From: Barthelona sp. PCE
Lineage: Eukaryota
Assembly (NCBI GenBank): GCA_040285745.1
Contig: JAUFOR010000002.1
Span: forward strand, 1,612,001 to 1,676,000
DNA: 64,000 bases
Reading direction: 5' to 3'
The notes under the pieces are model-generated. The model did not search any database, was not told the origin of the DNA, and was given only the letters and a program-made list of their open reading frames with translations. Numbering within the stretch: the first letter of the stretch is position 1; each line of letters opens with the position of its first letter. Position numbers and translations under genes: made by a program. Below are positions 10,336 through 19,636 of the stretch, piece after piece.

Positions 10336-13300
10336 ATGCTTTCGTCAACCAAACTGGCCCACCTGGATGATCTCATTTCGGAGGAGTTTGACTTCGAAAG
10401 CCCAGCACTTGTCAAGTATCCAAACAATGATCGTATTAACATTATTGGGACTGTTGACCGCATTGCGAAGTTGTTTCACAGCAAATGCAAGTTCACTCCT
10501 CTTTTTGAATACGAATTACTATCCGAGGAAACTGGATCCCGTCAGTTTCTCAAGCTTGATAACCTTCAAGTCTATTCTGATGCATCAATTCGTGCTTACT
10601 CTGGAATTGTTTTTGGAAGTATGTTACACAGCAATCTTGATTCCGTTGAGGGTGTTACCCTGGCTTTAGACAAACATTGGTATCGTCGTATTGATGATTT
10701 CGTTGAGCTAGCGATTGTCGCAGAGATGATCTGCCCTGGCAAAGTAACTGTTTTCCTGAAGAACAGAGTTTCTCTTTCATTCCTTTATCGTGTTCAGTTG
10801 CTTTCTTCAGTTGGTTGCACATTAGTGACTGACAAGTGCCCTACAGAGGCAGCAGTTGCTCATGCCAATGATAACGGCTTTGTTTACTGTTCGTCTGAGT
10901 ATGTACGACCTTTTGCAATGTTAGGTAGTGCTATTCTTGGTTATGAGCTCGTTAAACAAATTGAAGAGTCTGCCATCGACCCAACTTCCGCATCCATCCT
11001 TATGCCACTGCGTGGATATAACCGTGAATGGAATAGTGTCTGGGGTGTCGGCCTCTATCTCAAATCTTCAGTTCCAGACATTCGTCTGGTTGGAACAACT
11101 TTTATTCCCGATCAGAAGACGAGCTTTCCCTTTGATAGCGAGCGTTGGTGGATGCGTCACAAATGCTCTTCAACGGCTCCCTCATCAGTTTTTGCAATGT
11201 GGGATCGTGATTTTAATGGTGTTCTTGCTGAAGATGAAGTCAATGATATAGTTGTTGATCTTCTTGGCGAAGATGCATCTGTCAAAGATTTCGATCACTT
11301 CCGTGGTGATTTGGTAACACTTGACACGTTTAAGACTGTTATTGCTTACGATACTCATGTCGTTAAGAAGTTTGACATCCCCCCTGAGATCGTAGATGAG
11401 GTATACGAGGTCCATGAAAGCGCTTGTCTTCTTGGTTGGTTAAAGGTGCTACAATACACACACACTCATGCCACTGGTCGCTCATGTTCATCAGTAGGTC
11501 TAGCTTTAATGCAAGATGCTTTCCCAGCGTTCAGTATCTCAGACAATGAAACTTTAATTTGTGTTTTGAGCGGTGGTACTGTTAGTATGACCAATATTGA
11601 AAGAACTATGCATCGTGCAATGTCGATCATGGGCAACTACACTCAGTTTTCCATTCGTGAGCCACATAACAGGGACGTTAACACTGTTTTCGCTGCATGT
11701 GATCGTCATGGTGTTCGCATTGCTGATGTTAACTATGAGAATGATACAGTGAATTTCAGCATTAACAGCCCTTCTTGGGAAGTCCAAAGTAATATGTTTG
11801 CTGAGATCGATCGTTTGGGATTAATTATTGAGGCAAATGTTCCTTATTACCGTCGATACCCCGTCAAAGAACCTTCTGTTTCATACGGAAATGAGATTTT
11901 GAACACAGATGAATATGTTACACCAGAAGAAGTTGCTTCCTTAACACGTACACTTTCTCAAGTTACGCCAGAAAGTATTGAAAGAGCATATTTCAACATT
12001 AAAGATAATCTATATGCCACACCTGTCTTACGTAATGAAGCTATTTCAAAAGCTGTCAACGCAAACGTTTTTGTTCTTCATGATAACATCCAGAGGACTG
12101 GTGCTTTCAAAATCCGTGGTTCTTCCAACAAGATGATTCGCATGCAAAAAGCTTTCGCACCTAAAAAAGTTCCTGGTGTTGTTGCTGCATCTGCTGGTAA
12201 TCACTCGCAGGGTGTTTCTTTCGCAGCAAAAAGACTGGGTATTCCATGCACTATCGTATGCCCCAACTATGCTCCTGCAACTAAGCTTTCAAATACACGT
12301 CGTTTTGGTGCTGAAGTAACCGCATTTGGTGATGCTTTCACAGAAACTGCCAAATTTGCCAAGAAGGTGTGTACAGACCGTAATTGGATTCTTGTCCATC
12401 CGTATGATGACGTGGATGTTATTGAAGGACAGGGTACTATTGGTTATGAACTTACTCGTGAGATTGATCAAGATATTGATGTTGTACTTGTTAACGTCGG
12501 TGGAGGTGGTCTTATTAGTGGTGTTTCTCTATATCTTAAGCAGATCAAGGACCGTCATCCCAACATTCGTGTTATTGGTCTTTCGTCTGAGAGAATTAAT
12601 CCACTTGTTGGTTGTAAGGAACGTGATGGTAAGTACAGTTTCGTTGATCCCACTCTTGACTCGTTCTCGGATGGAACTAACGTTAAAATTCCAGGTGGTA
12701 ATCATAACGAGACTATGTGGAACCTCGTTGACGATTTTATTGGTATTCCAGAAAATCACATCGCCGCAGCAGTATTACAGACATTCAAACATACCCGTAC
12801 TCTTGTTGAAGGTGCCGGTTGTCTTGGTGTAGCAGCTCTTATGTATGGTCATGTTAAAATTAACCCAGGTGAAACAGTTGCATGTATCCTTTGTGGTGGT
12901 AACATTGATTTTTCACGTTTCCTTCTTGCTTTGCCAGCCGGTATGCGCTCCCTTGGTCGTCTTTTAACTGTTTCATGCACTATCCAAGATAAATCAGGAA
13001 TGATTTCGAGAATTATGTCAATAGCAAATCGATTCAGCTGTTACTTGCGTGATTTTGATCAAAAGAGATTCCAAAAAGAGGATACTTCATGGGATTATGT
13101 AACTGTTGAGGCTAGTTTTTGGACTCCTTCATTCAAAAATCAGCAGAAGTTCCTTTACAGTTTAGTTGATGCTGGATTTAATCCATCGATTATTGGTCGT
13201 GATTTGGTTCCTGATAAAACAGTTTATTCTGATTTTGATGCAGCTTTACAACAAAAGATTGAGACCGATCAACAAGTTTATAACGAACGCAAGGAAGCTT

Positions 13301-13350
13301 TCTTACAAAAACAAATTACACTCTGTAAGAATTTGCACAAACAGTTGTAA
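10336..13350 (+). CDS. Threonine/serine dehydratase (PLP fold II + ACT), internally duplicated, with a degenerate N-terminal copy carrying an EF-hand
   Basis: The C-terminal half has QRTGAFKIRG (PLP Lys), ASAGNHSQG, HPYDD, GQGTIG, VGGGGL, EGAG and CGGNID, followed by an ACT-like domain. The N-terminal half shows decayed counterparts of these motifs. Confidence 0.9.
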   Translation: MLSSTKLAHLDDLISEEFDFESPALVKYPNNDRINIIGTVDRIAKLFHSKCKFTPLFEYELLSEETGSRQFLKLDNLQVYSDASIRAYSGIVFGSMLHSNLDSVEGVTLALDKHWYRRIDDFVELAIVAEMICPGKVTVFLKNRVSLSFLYRVQLLSSVGCTLVTDKCPTEAAVAHANDNGFVYCSSEYVRPFAMLGSAILGYELVKQIEESAIDPTSASILMPLRGYNREWNSVWGVGLYLKSSVPDIRLVGTTFIPDQKTSFPFDSERWWMRHKCSSTAPSSVFAMWDRDFNGVLAEDEVNDIVVDLLGEDASVKDFDHFRGDLVTLDTFKTVIAYDTHVVKKFDIPPEIVDEVYEVHESACLLGWLKVLQYTHTHATGRSCSSVGLALMQDAFPAFSISDNETLICVLSGGTVSMTNIERTMHRAMSIMGNYTQFSIREPHNRDVNTVFAACDRHGVRIADVNYENDTVNFSINSPSWEVQSNMFAEIDRLGLIIEANVPYYRRYPVKEPSVSYGNEILNTDEYVTPEEVASLTRTLSQVTPESIERAYFNIKDNLYATPVLRNEAISKAVNANVFVLHDNIQRTGAFKIRGSSNKMIRMQKAFAPKKVPGVVAASAGNHSQGVSFAAKRLGIPCTIVCPNYAPATKLSNTRRFGAEVTAFGDAFTETAKFAKKVCTDRNWILVHPYDDVDVIEGQGTIGYELTREIDQDIDVVLVNVGGGGLISGVSLYLKQIKDRHPNIRVIGLSSERINPLVGCKERDGKYSFVDPTLDSFSDGTNVKIPGGNHNETMWNLVDDFIGIPENHIAAAVLQTFKHTRTLVEGAGCLGVAALMYGHVKINPGETVACILCGGNIDFSRFLLALPAGMRSLGRLLTVSCTIQDKSGMISRIMSIANRFSCYLRDFDQKRFQKEDTSWDYVTVEASFWTPSFKNQQKFLYSLVDAGFNPSIIGRDLVPDKTVYSDFDAALQQKIETDQQVYNERKEAFLQKQITLCKNLHKQL

Positions 13351-13399
13351 AAACAAAAACATAAAAATTTTGATTTATTCCTTTAATGATACAATTCTA

Positions 13400-13717
13400 C
13401 TACACACAGGACGCAGGTACGGACTTGAAAAGAAGAACTGCAGTCATTCCATGATATAAATAAAGGCAAGAAGGCTCTTCGTGTTCCACAGCAAAGGCAT
13501 AACCTTCACCAACAAAACAATGCCATGTGGGGCTAAATTTGGAATCCATAGTTTCCTTGATGAGTTTTGCAGCGGATTCAGCATTGTGTGGGTATTTTTC
13601 AAGACCATTGACGCATATTTCAATAGCTTCAATCTTTAATTCCTCATTTAATGTACAATATTTGGGAAGAGGATAGTTCATTCTCTTGCGTAAGTCTGCC
13701 AGCGCTTGCTCAGTCAT
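13400..13717 (-). CDS. DNAL4: Axonemal dynein light chain 4 (LC10, LC8 family)
   Basis: YPLPKYCTLNEELKIEAIEICVNGLEKYPHNAESAAKLIKETMDSKFSPTWHCFVGEGYAFAVEHE matches the DNAL4 pattern (ESAAKMIKETMDKKFG..WHVVIGEGFGF). Confidence 0.9.
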   Translation of the reverse strand: MTEQALADLRKRMNYPLPKYCTLNEELKIEAIEICVNGLEKYPHNAESAAKLIKETMDSKFSPTWHCFVGEGYAFAVEHEEPSCLYLYHGMTAVLLFKSVPASCV

Positions 13718-13891
13718 TTTCTATCGGTGAAAGGGACAAAAAAAAATAAAACACTTTTGCTCACAGTTTGTCAAAGTTTATACGGTATGTCCTTGTGTAA
13801 ACATGTGTTTTTTACATTTGACGAAATAAAATCGATGAAATGCACCGTTTTAGCATACATATTCCCTTTCAAACTTCTCTTTTCATTAAAC

Positions 13892-15808
13892 ATGATATTA
13901 GCGCTGTGCGAAGAGGTTCTGGGAGCTCCGCAGTATTACTCCAACCTTAATATCGAGGATTTTATTCTAGAAATGGAGCAATTTGGTCTTTTACCGATTG
14001 ACGCTAAGTTACATCATGCATGTTTCTCTGGTGCATACAACGATGCAGCTAGGTACATCGAGGACGGTGCAGATGTACATTCCAAGGGCTTTATGACACT
14101 TTGTCCGTTACATATTGCAGCTCTTGTGGGTAGTTTCCGTTTAGCTCAAGCACTCCTTGAGGCAGGCGCTGACAAATGTCTGGAGACCGAAGAGCAGCGA
14201 CTGATTCCCTTTGATTTTGCTCTTTTGGTGCGTTCATACACACTCGCGCAGATTCTACTTCCCACTGATCCCGATAGGTGCTTACTACCCCAGAGAACAT
14301 GCGAAATTCTCATTTCTCTTGCTGAACGTATTCCTGATGAATTTTTGGACTTAATATCAGAAGAATTTCGAAAGGAAGGTGGACGGGTATTTCAAGAAGC
14401 CATTAAACGTTTGAAAGAACTTGATGCGTCACAGTTACGTTTTGTCAGGACATCATTTTCTAAAGGACTATCTGCAAAGAAAGCTGTAGATTTGTTGCAG
14501 TTTGGTGTTAAAACTCAACAGATAGAATTGATCAAATTGCTTTGTGATTTTGGTTGTGACTGTAATGATTGGACTGGGCCAGATGCCCCCTTTTTTACAG
14601 CTGTTGCAAGATTACAAGTTGAGATTGTTCAATTACTGTTGGATTTTGGTGCTGATGTGAACAGGATTGGTTCTGATGAACATTTGCTTTGTTTCCTCGC
14701 TCGCACAGGGTATTTCGAGCATGTGAAAGTCAGAGAGATTATTGAACAAACTTTAGAATCAGGTGTAGAGATCCCAACTTTGGATATGAGAGGTAGCAAC
14801 ATGCCTATTGATATAACAACAGCATTTACAGGAGAGATATACTCATGTGACGTTGAGCTTACAGAGAAAGAGATTAATCAGAGATCAACATTTTTGTTTG
14901 AGTTGTTAATTGAGAAAGGTATAGAATTAAATCATTTGGACAGTGATCATAACGGTGCAATTCATTATGCTATGCGTGAATGCAATGGATATTTTGTTCG
15001 CAAACTTTTGGACAGCAATGTAGATCTTTCATTACGTGATAAAGATAATAACCAACCATTGCATCTTATGTTGAAGCACTTTGACCTCTCAGAATTTGAG
15101 CTTCTTAATGAACTTGTTTTCGCAGGCGCATCAGTCAGTGAAAGAGGTTGGAAACAAACCAGCATCCTTCACATTTTGGGTGAACGTTGGGAACCACAGC
15201 ATTTGGAAGCATTTATTACTGCTGTTGACGTAAATTGTGTTGATGATGAAGGTTTAACTCCTTTACATTATGCCATCCGTAGTGAATTGGGTGATAATGC
15301 AAGATGTTTAATTAAGCATGGTGCTGACGTCAATATTAATATTGGTGAACATCCTTTTCATTTTGCAATTTCATTGCACTTAACTGAGATGGTTGAAATT
15401 CTACACGAATATGACACACAAATTGATGTACTTGTTAAAGGTGTTCCAGCAAGTCATCGGTTAGCAGATCGCGAACTCGATGCCAACAACAGAGATTTAC
15501 CAGTAGTATTAGATCGAATTGGTTTGAACTTGAATTATGTATACGAAGGTCAGACTGTACTTGATGTGGCATATGAGAAGAACTATCCTGTATTAATCGA
15601 TGCATTGGTTATGTTGGGTGTGAAGAGAGAATTACCCACAAAGGTTGCCATTAGAATGAGTGATGAGGTTTGGCAGACAAAGAGACCGAAGTTTGACGAC
15701 TTTATCAAAGATATGTTAGCTTCTTTGCTTGATGAAAAACCTGATAACGTAGTTGATCACATGGAGAAGTGGTTGAATGAGGTTGATAAACACAAGTATA
15801 TAATGTAA
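13892..15808 (+). CDS. Ankyrin-repeat protein with C-terminal RIIa/DPY30-like docking domain
   Basis: Multiple ANK repeats (CPLHIAALVG, GLTPLHYAIRSE, LLLDFGADVN) and C-terminal FIKDMLASLLDEKPDNVVDHMEKWL. ATG 13892 was chosen because it follows a CCCTTT motif. Confidence 0.85.
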   Translation: MILALCEEVLGAPQYYSNLNIEDFILEMEQFGLLPIDAKLHHACFSGAYNDAARYIEDGADVHSKGFMTLCPLHIAALVGSFRLAQALLEAGADKCLETEEQRLIPFDFALLVRSYTLAQILLPTDPDRCLLPQRTCEILISLAERIPDEFLDLISEEFRKEGGRVFQEAIKRLKELDASQLRFVRTSFSKGLSAKKAVDLLQFGVKTQQIELIKLLCDFGCDCNDWTGPDAPFFTAVARLQVEIVQLLLDFGADVNRIGSDEHLLCFLARTGYFEHVKVREIIEQTLESGVEIPTLDMRGSNMPIDITTAFTGEIYSCDVELTEKEINQRSTFLFELLIEKGIELNHLDSDHNGAIHYAMRECNGYFVRKLLDSNVDLSLRDKDNNQPLHLMLKHFDLSEFELLNELVFAGASVSERGWKQTSILHILGERWEPQHLEAFITAVDVNCVDDEGLTPLHYAIRSELGDNARCLIKHGADVNINIGEHPFHFAISLHLTEMVEILHEYDTQIDVLVKGVPASHRLADRELDANNRDLPVVLDRIGLNLNYVYEGQTVLDVAYEKNYPVLIDALVMLGVKRELPTKVAIRMSDEVWQTKRPKFDDFIKDMLASLLDEKPDNVVDHMEKWLNEVDKHKYIM

Positions 15809-16028
15809 ATTGAATCAGTTTAATAATTCATTACCGTTAAGCCCAAAAGTATCCCAAAAGAATGCTTTATGTGAAGAATTCACAAAATCTCTTTTGCTTC
15901 AGATTTGGTTAAGAACAATGAATTTAAACGAATCTACATGGATGCACCAGCCCAACTGACTTTTGAATACTGTCAAATAATTGGTATCTTTGTTGTTATT
16001 TGTTGTTTCATCTCTTTCGTTCAATATA

Positions 16029-19000
16029 ATGAGTCAGTCTTTGGACTATCGCGTCAGAGATCTCTACAGCACTCCCACAAAGCGTGCGAAATGCTGTTGT
16101 TTTCATCCAAAAAAGCCTTTACTGCTTATTAGTGAATATGAAGGCGAAATCTCACTGTACGACTTCACCATGAAGTCACTTATTCGTACATTCAACCATC
16201 ACAACGGTTCTGTACGCAGTATTGATATTCATTCGCAGTATCAGGATCTTGCAGTATCTTGCGCTGACGATAACACTGTTGTTTTGTTTGACCTCAAGAA
16301 GGGCACAGTCCTAAAGCGGTTTGATGATTTTGAAGATTACGTGCGTTGTGTGCGTTTCCATCCTAAGCATCCTTGGATCGCTGGCTGTGGTGATGATCGT
16401 ACGGTTCGTATTTTCGATGTTGAGTCCAGAAAGTGCATCGCAACACTTAGTGGACACACCAAGTACGTTATGTCATGCTGTTTTCACCCCGAACTCCCTT
16501 TGCTAGTTTCAGGTTCTCTTGATGAAACAATCCGTGTTTGGGATATTTCTTCACTGAGTTCCCATATAACAGATGGTAACCGTGGGAATGTATCACTGCT
16601 AAATCTTGCTAATGGATGTTTCTGTCGAGACGTTTTAGCCGGTCATACTGATGCTGTTAATTACGTTGATTTCCACGCCGATCAACCCAACACGCTCATT
16701 TCATGTGCTGACGATTGCACTTTGCGATTATGGGAAGTGAGTCGCATGTCTGTGTTTGCTCTCTCAATCCTCAAAGGTCACACACGTGATATCACTGCTG
16801 TGGTTTCATCACCACATCACAATCACCTTATTGTTTCTGTTTCTGTTGACAAAACCTTGCGTTTATGGGATACCAGCGATCTTAATCATTTGCTGGTATA
16901 TCGTCGTCAGGATCATAAACGTTACTGGCATGTTTCAGTCCATCCCAAAATACCTCTATTTTGTGCTTGTCACGACGGTGGCTTTGATGTCTTCAGGTTG
17001 ACACGGTCCACTATTCCTTTTGCTATTGATGGTGAGTCCAATAAGCTATTCGCATCAATTGATGGCAAAACTGTGCGTGCCATTCCCTTCGAGGAGAAGC
17101 CTTCTTCAACCGTGTTCCGCATTCCGAATTCAAACCATAACATTACAAATATGCACGTACATCGTGATGTCGTTTATGCAAACACCAGACTCTCGCAGAC
17201 CAGTAACACTGCGCTTGTGCTGAAGAAGAACAGACACGGTGACTACACTGTTGATTTCCAACTTGAAGATTGTATCATTCAGTGTATCTCACACAACCGT
17301 ATTGTGAAATATCAAGACGGGAAGCTATGGTTGTGCAATAATCGCTTTGATCACTTGGGTCTGATCACCAGTGATTTTGGATGTACTCATCTGTTTCCAT
17401 ATAAGGATGACAGCGCGTTTTTCATTTATCATAACTCAAAGCTCAGTTTGATTTCTACAAAGGTGGGAGAATCTGATCCGCTGATCAGTGAGTTCCATCA
17501 CTCTGCACTTCGTTCCCTCACTTGGTCACCTGATAAGAACTACTGTATGATCATCACAAGTCACACAGTCTTTGTTTACAACGCAAACATGCGATCATGT
17601 GCCAGTGATACGAACCAAGTGTTTGTGACTCACAGTGGAGTTTGGCTCATGAACGACGGCGGTCTGTTTATCACCCAGCGTGGTCTCAAGAGCTTTATTG
17701 TATATGAACGTGATGGAACTGTTGAAATGGAAACTTCTCTCATCAAGACGACGATTCAGTCTCTTCAACCCATGTGTGCTCGTATCGAGTCAACTAACTC
17801 TGCGACATTATTGAGCTTCAATCCTAATGGTACGTTTGATAGGCAAACAATTCCGCTGGAAGAATTAAATTTCAAGTTAGCAGTTATACGTGGTAATGGA
17901 AACATGGCTGCTCAGTATCTATCCAAAATCAATGCTGTTGGTTCCGAGCTTATAGGGTTCTGTAAGAAGCATGGTCAGCCTGAAATTGGAATGCATGTTG
18001 AACCTATTCCTGGACTTAACGAACAGTTTAACCTCTGTCTGGAGAGTAACGACTTTGAAACAGCATTACAGCTATTCCGTGAACACGACCTCACTGTAGT
18101 TCAGCAACGCACTTTCCTCAAGACATGTATTCGTAACGGTAAGATCAACTACCTTAAGGAACTTGCCCAGGATCGATTGGCGTTTCTGCTCAGTATTCTT
18201 CTTGGTACACGCTGTGATAACACACATAGTGACGATACTCTAGACTATATGATTGCGATAATCTTTAAGGAACATTTGAAGGTCATCAAAACTTTGCTTG
18301 ATTGGGATATGATGGGACTGGCACATTTGTACTGTCAGCGTATTTCTGAAGAGGATTTTGAAACAGATGCAGATCTGGAAACATACCGTCGCGTTTTAGC
18401 TTCTCAGATGGAAGAAGGTAAGTTAAAGTATACTCCTCCTCAACGCATTGTTCGTACAAATGAAATGCCCAAGCCGATCATTGACTTAAGTGATTTAGAG
18501 GTTAAGACTCGTCGCCAACCAATTATTCCTATTACCGAACCAGTTGACACAGTGCAAAAAAAAATTACTGAAGAAGAATATCTGGAAGCACCAGAACAAG
18601 AACCATTGGAACCAGAAGAACAAAAGGGAACGCTTTTCGGCGATGATCTCAGTGATGATCTCAGTGATTTGGATATTTCGGATTTGGATGAAGAAGATGA
18701 AACATATGTTGATTATGACACAAATATGTCAGCTGCATTCTCTATTCCCCCTGTTTTCAAAAGTGCTCGGGAGTGTCATCAAAAGACGGATGTTAGTGAT
18801 TTGATTCTGCTACAAAGAACTAATACAGTCGTTCAATCATTGGAACATGTTGGTATTGATGATATTTCAAAGCCTGCCATGCAAGAGATCTTTAAATCTC
18901 ATCAATTAAGTGGTGTCATCAGTTTTGGTTTGGTCAATACCTTCTCGTTCCCTAACGACGATCAGTTGAAATCTCCCTTCTCTTTCGAGTCTATCCTTGA

Positions 19001-19592
19001 ACTGATTGAGAGTGGCGATACTGCGATCATTGCTGGATTTTCCGATAAAGCTTATGAAGTATACCATCATGCACTCACTTTACTTCCCCTTTGTTCTCAC
19101 GAAGATGCGAACATATTAAAGGAGCGTTGTAGAACAGCTATCATGTCTGTCAAACTCACACGTGCGCTTGAAGAAGAACGTACCAAGGTTAATTCCGATC
19201 CTACTCGTGTTGTTGAGTTGGGTGCTCATCTATCACGCATTATCAATCCCGCGCATGTTGATGATGTGCTTAAAATGGTGCTTGTGACAGCATATAAAGC
19301 TCGTTTGTTTAGTGTAGCAGCTCAATTCGCAAGACAAATTATTGAACGTGGTGTTTGTGATGATTCTTTAAAGAAGAAGTGTCATAAGATTATCCGAAAG
19401 TTTGAACAGGTTGGTAAAGATGGTGAGCCGATCATAAGGTATGATCCAATGACTGTTGCTGATATTGATCCCAGTTCTCTCCTTCCCATTTCTGCAACTG
19501 TCTGTCAATGTGCATTTTGCGGTTCATGTTATGGCGAAGTTGTGGAAGGTTGTCACGTCTGTGACTTAGGTCGTATTTCTGTTGTTGAGTAG
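16029..19592 (+). CDS. COPA: Coatomer subunit alpha (alpha-COP)
   Basis: RAKCCCFHPKKP, DYVRCVRFHPKHPWI, TLSGHTKYVMSCCFHP, SGSLDETIRVWDIS, RYWHV..HP, FNLCLESN, an acidic linker and a C-terminal Cys cluster (C.FCG...C.VCDLGRI). Confidence 0.92.
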   Translation: MSQSLDYRVRDLYSTPTKRAKCCCFHPKKPLLLISEYEGEISLYDFTMKSLIRTFNHHNGSVRSIDIHSQYQDLAVSCADDNTVVLFDLKKGTVLKRFDDFEDYVRCVRFHPKHPWIAGCGDDRTVRIFDVESRKCIATLSGHTKYVMSCCFHPELPLLVSGSLDETIRVWDISSLSSHITDGNRGNVSLLNLANGCFCRDVLAGHTDAVNYVDFHADQPNTLISCADDCTLRLWEVSRMSVFALSILKGHTRDITAVVSSPHHNHLIVSVSVDKTLRLWDTSDLNHLLVYRRQDHKRYWHVSVHPKIPLFCACHDGGFDVFRLTRSTIPFAIDGESNKLFASIDGKTVRAIPFEEKPSSTVFRIPNSNHNITNMHVHRDVVYANTRLSQTSNTALVLKKNRHGDYTVDFQLEDCIIQCISHNRIVKYQDGKLWLCNNRFDHLGLITSDFGCTHLFPYKDDSAFFIYHNSKLSLISTKVGESDPLISEFHHSALRSLTWSPDKNYCMIITSHTVFVYNANMRSCASDTNQVFVTHSGVWLMNDGGLFITQRGLKSFIVYERDGTVEMETSLIKTTIQSLQPMCARIESTNSATLLSFNPNGTFDRQTIPLEELNFKLAVIRGNGNMAAQYLSKINAVGSELIGFCKKHGQPEIGMHVEPIPGLNEQFNLCLESNDFETALQLFREHDLTVVQQRTFLKTCIRNGKINYLKELAQDRLAFLLSILLGTRCDNTHSDDTLDYMIAIIFKEHLKVIKTLLDWDMMGLAHLYCQRISEEDFETDADLETYRRVLASQMEEGKLKYTPPQRIVRTNEMPKPIIDLSDLEVKTRRQPIIPITEPVDTVQKKITEEEYLEAPEQEPLEPEEQKGTLFGDDLSDDLSDLDISDLDEEDETYVDYDTNMSAAFSIPPVFKSARECHQKTDVSDLILLQRTNTVVQSLEHVGIDDISKPAMQEIFKSHQLSGVISFGLVNTFSFPNDDQLKSPFSFESILELIESGDTAIIAGFSDKAYEVYHHALTLLPLCSHEDANILKERCRTAIMSVKLTRALEEERTKVNSDPTRVVELGAHLSRIINPAHVDDVLKMVLVTAYKARLFSVAAQFARQIIERGVCDDSLKKKCHKIIRKFEQVGKDGEPIIRYDPMTVADIDPSSLLPISATVCQCAFCGSCYGEVVEGCHVCDLGRISVVE

Positions 19593-19636
19593 TAAAAACT
19601 TTTCTGTTGAAGATTTTTTATCCTTTTCCAAAGCAA

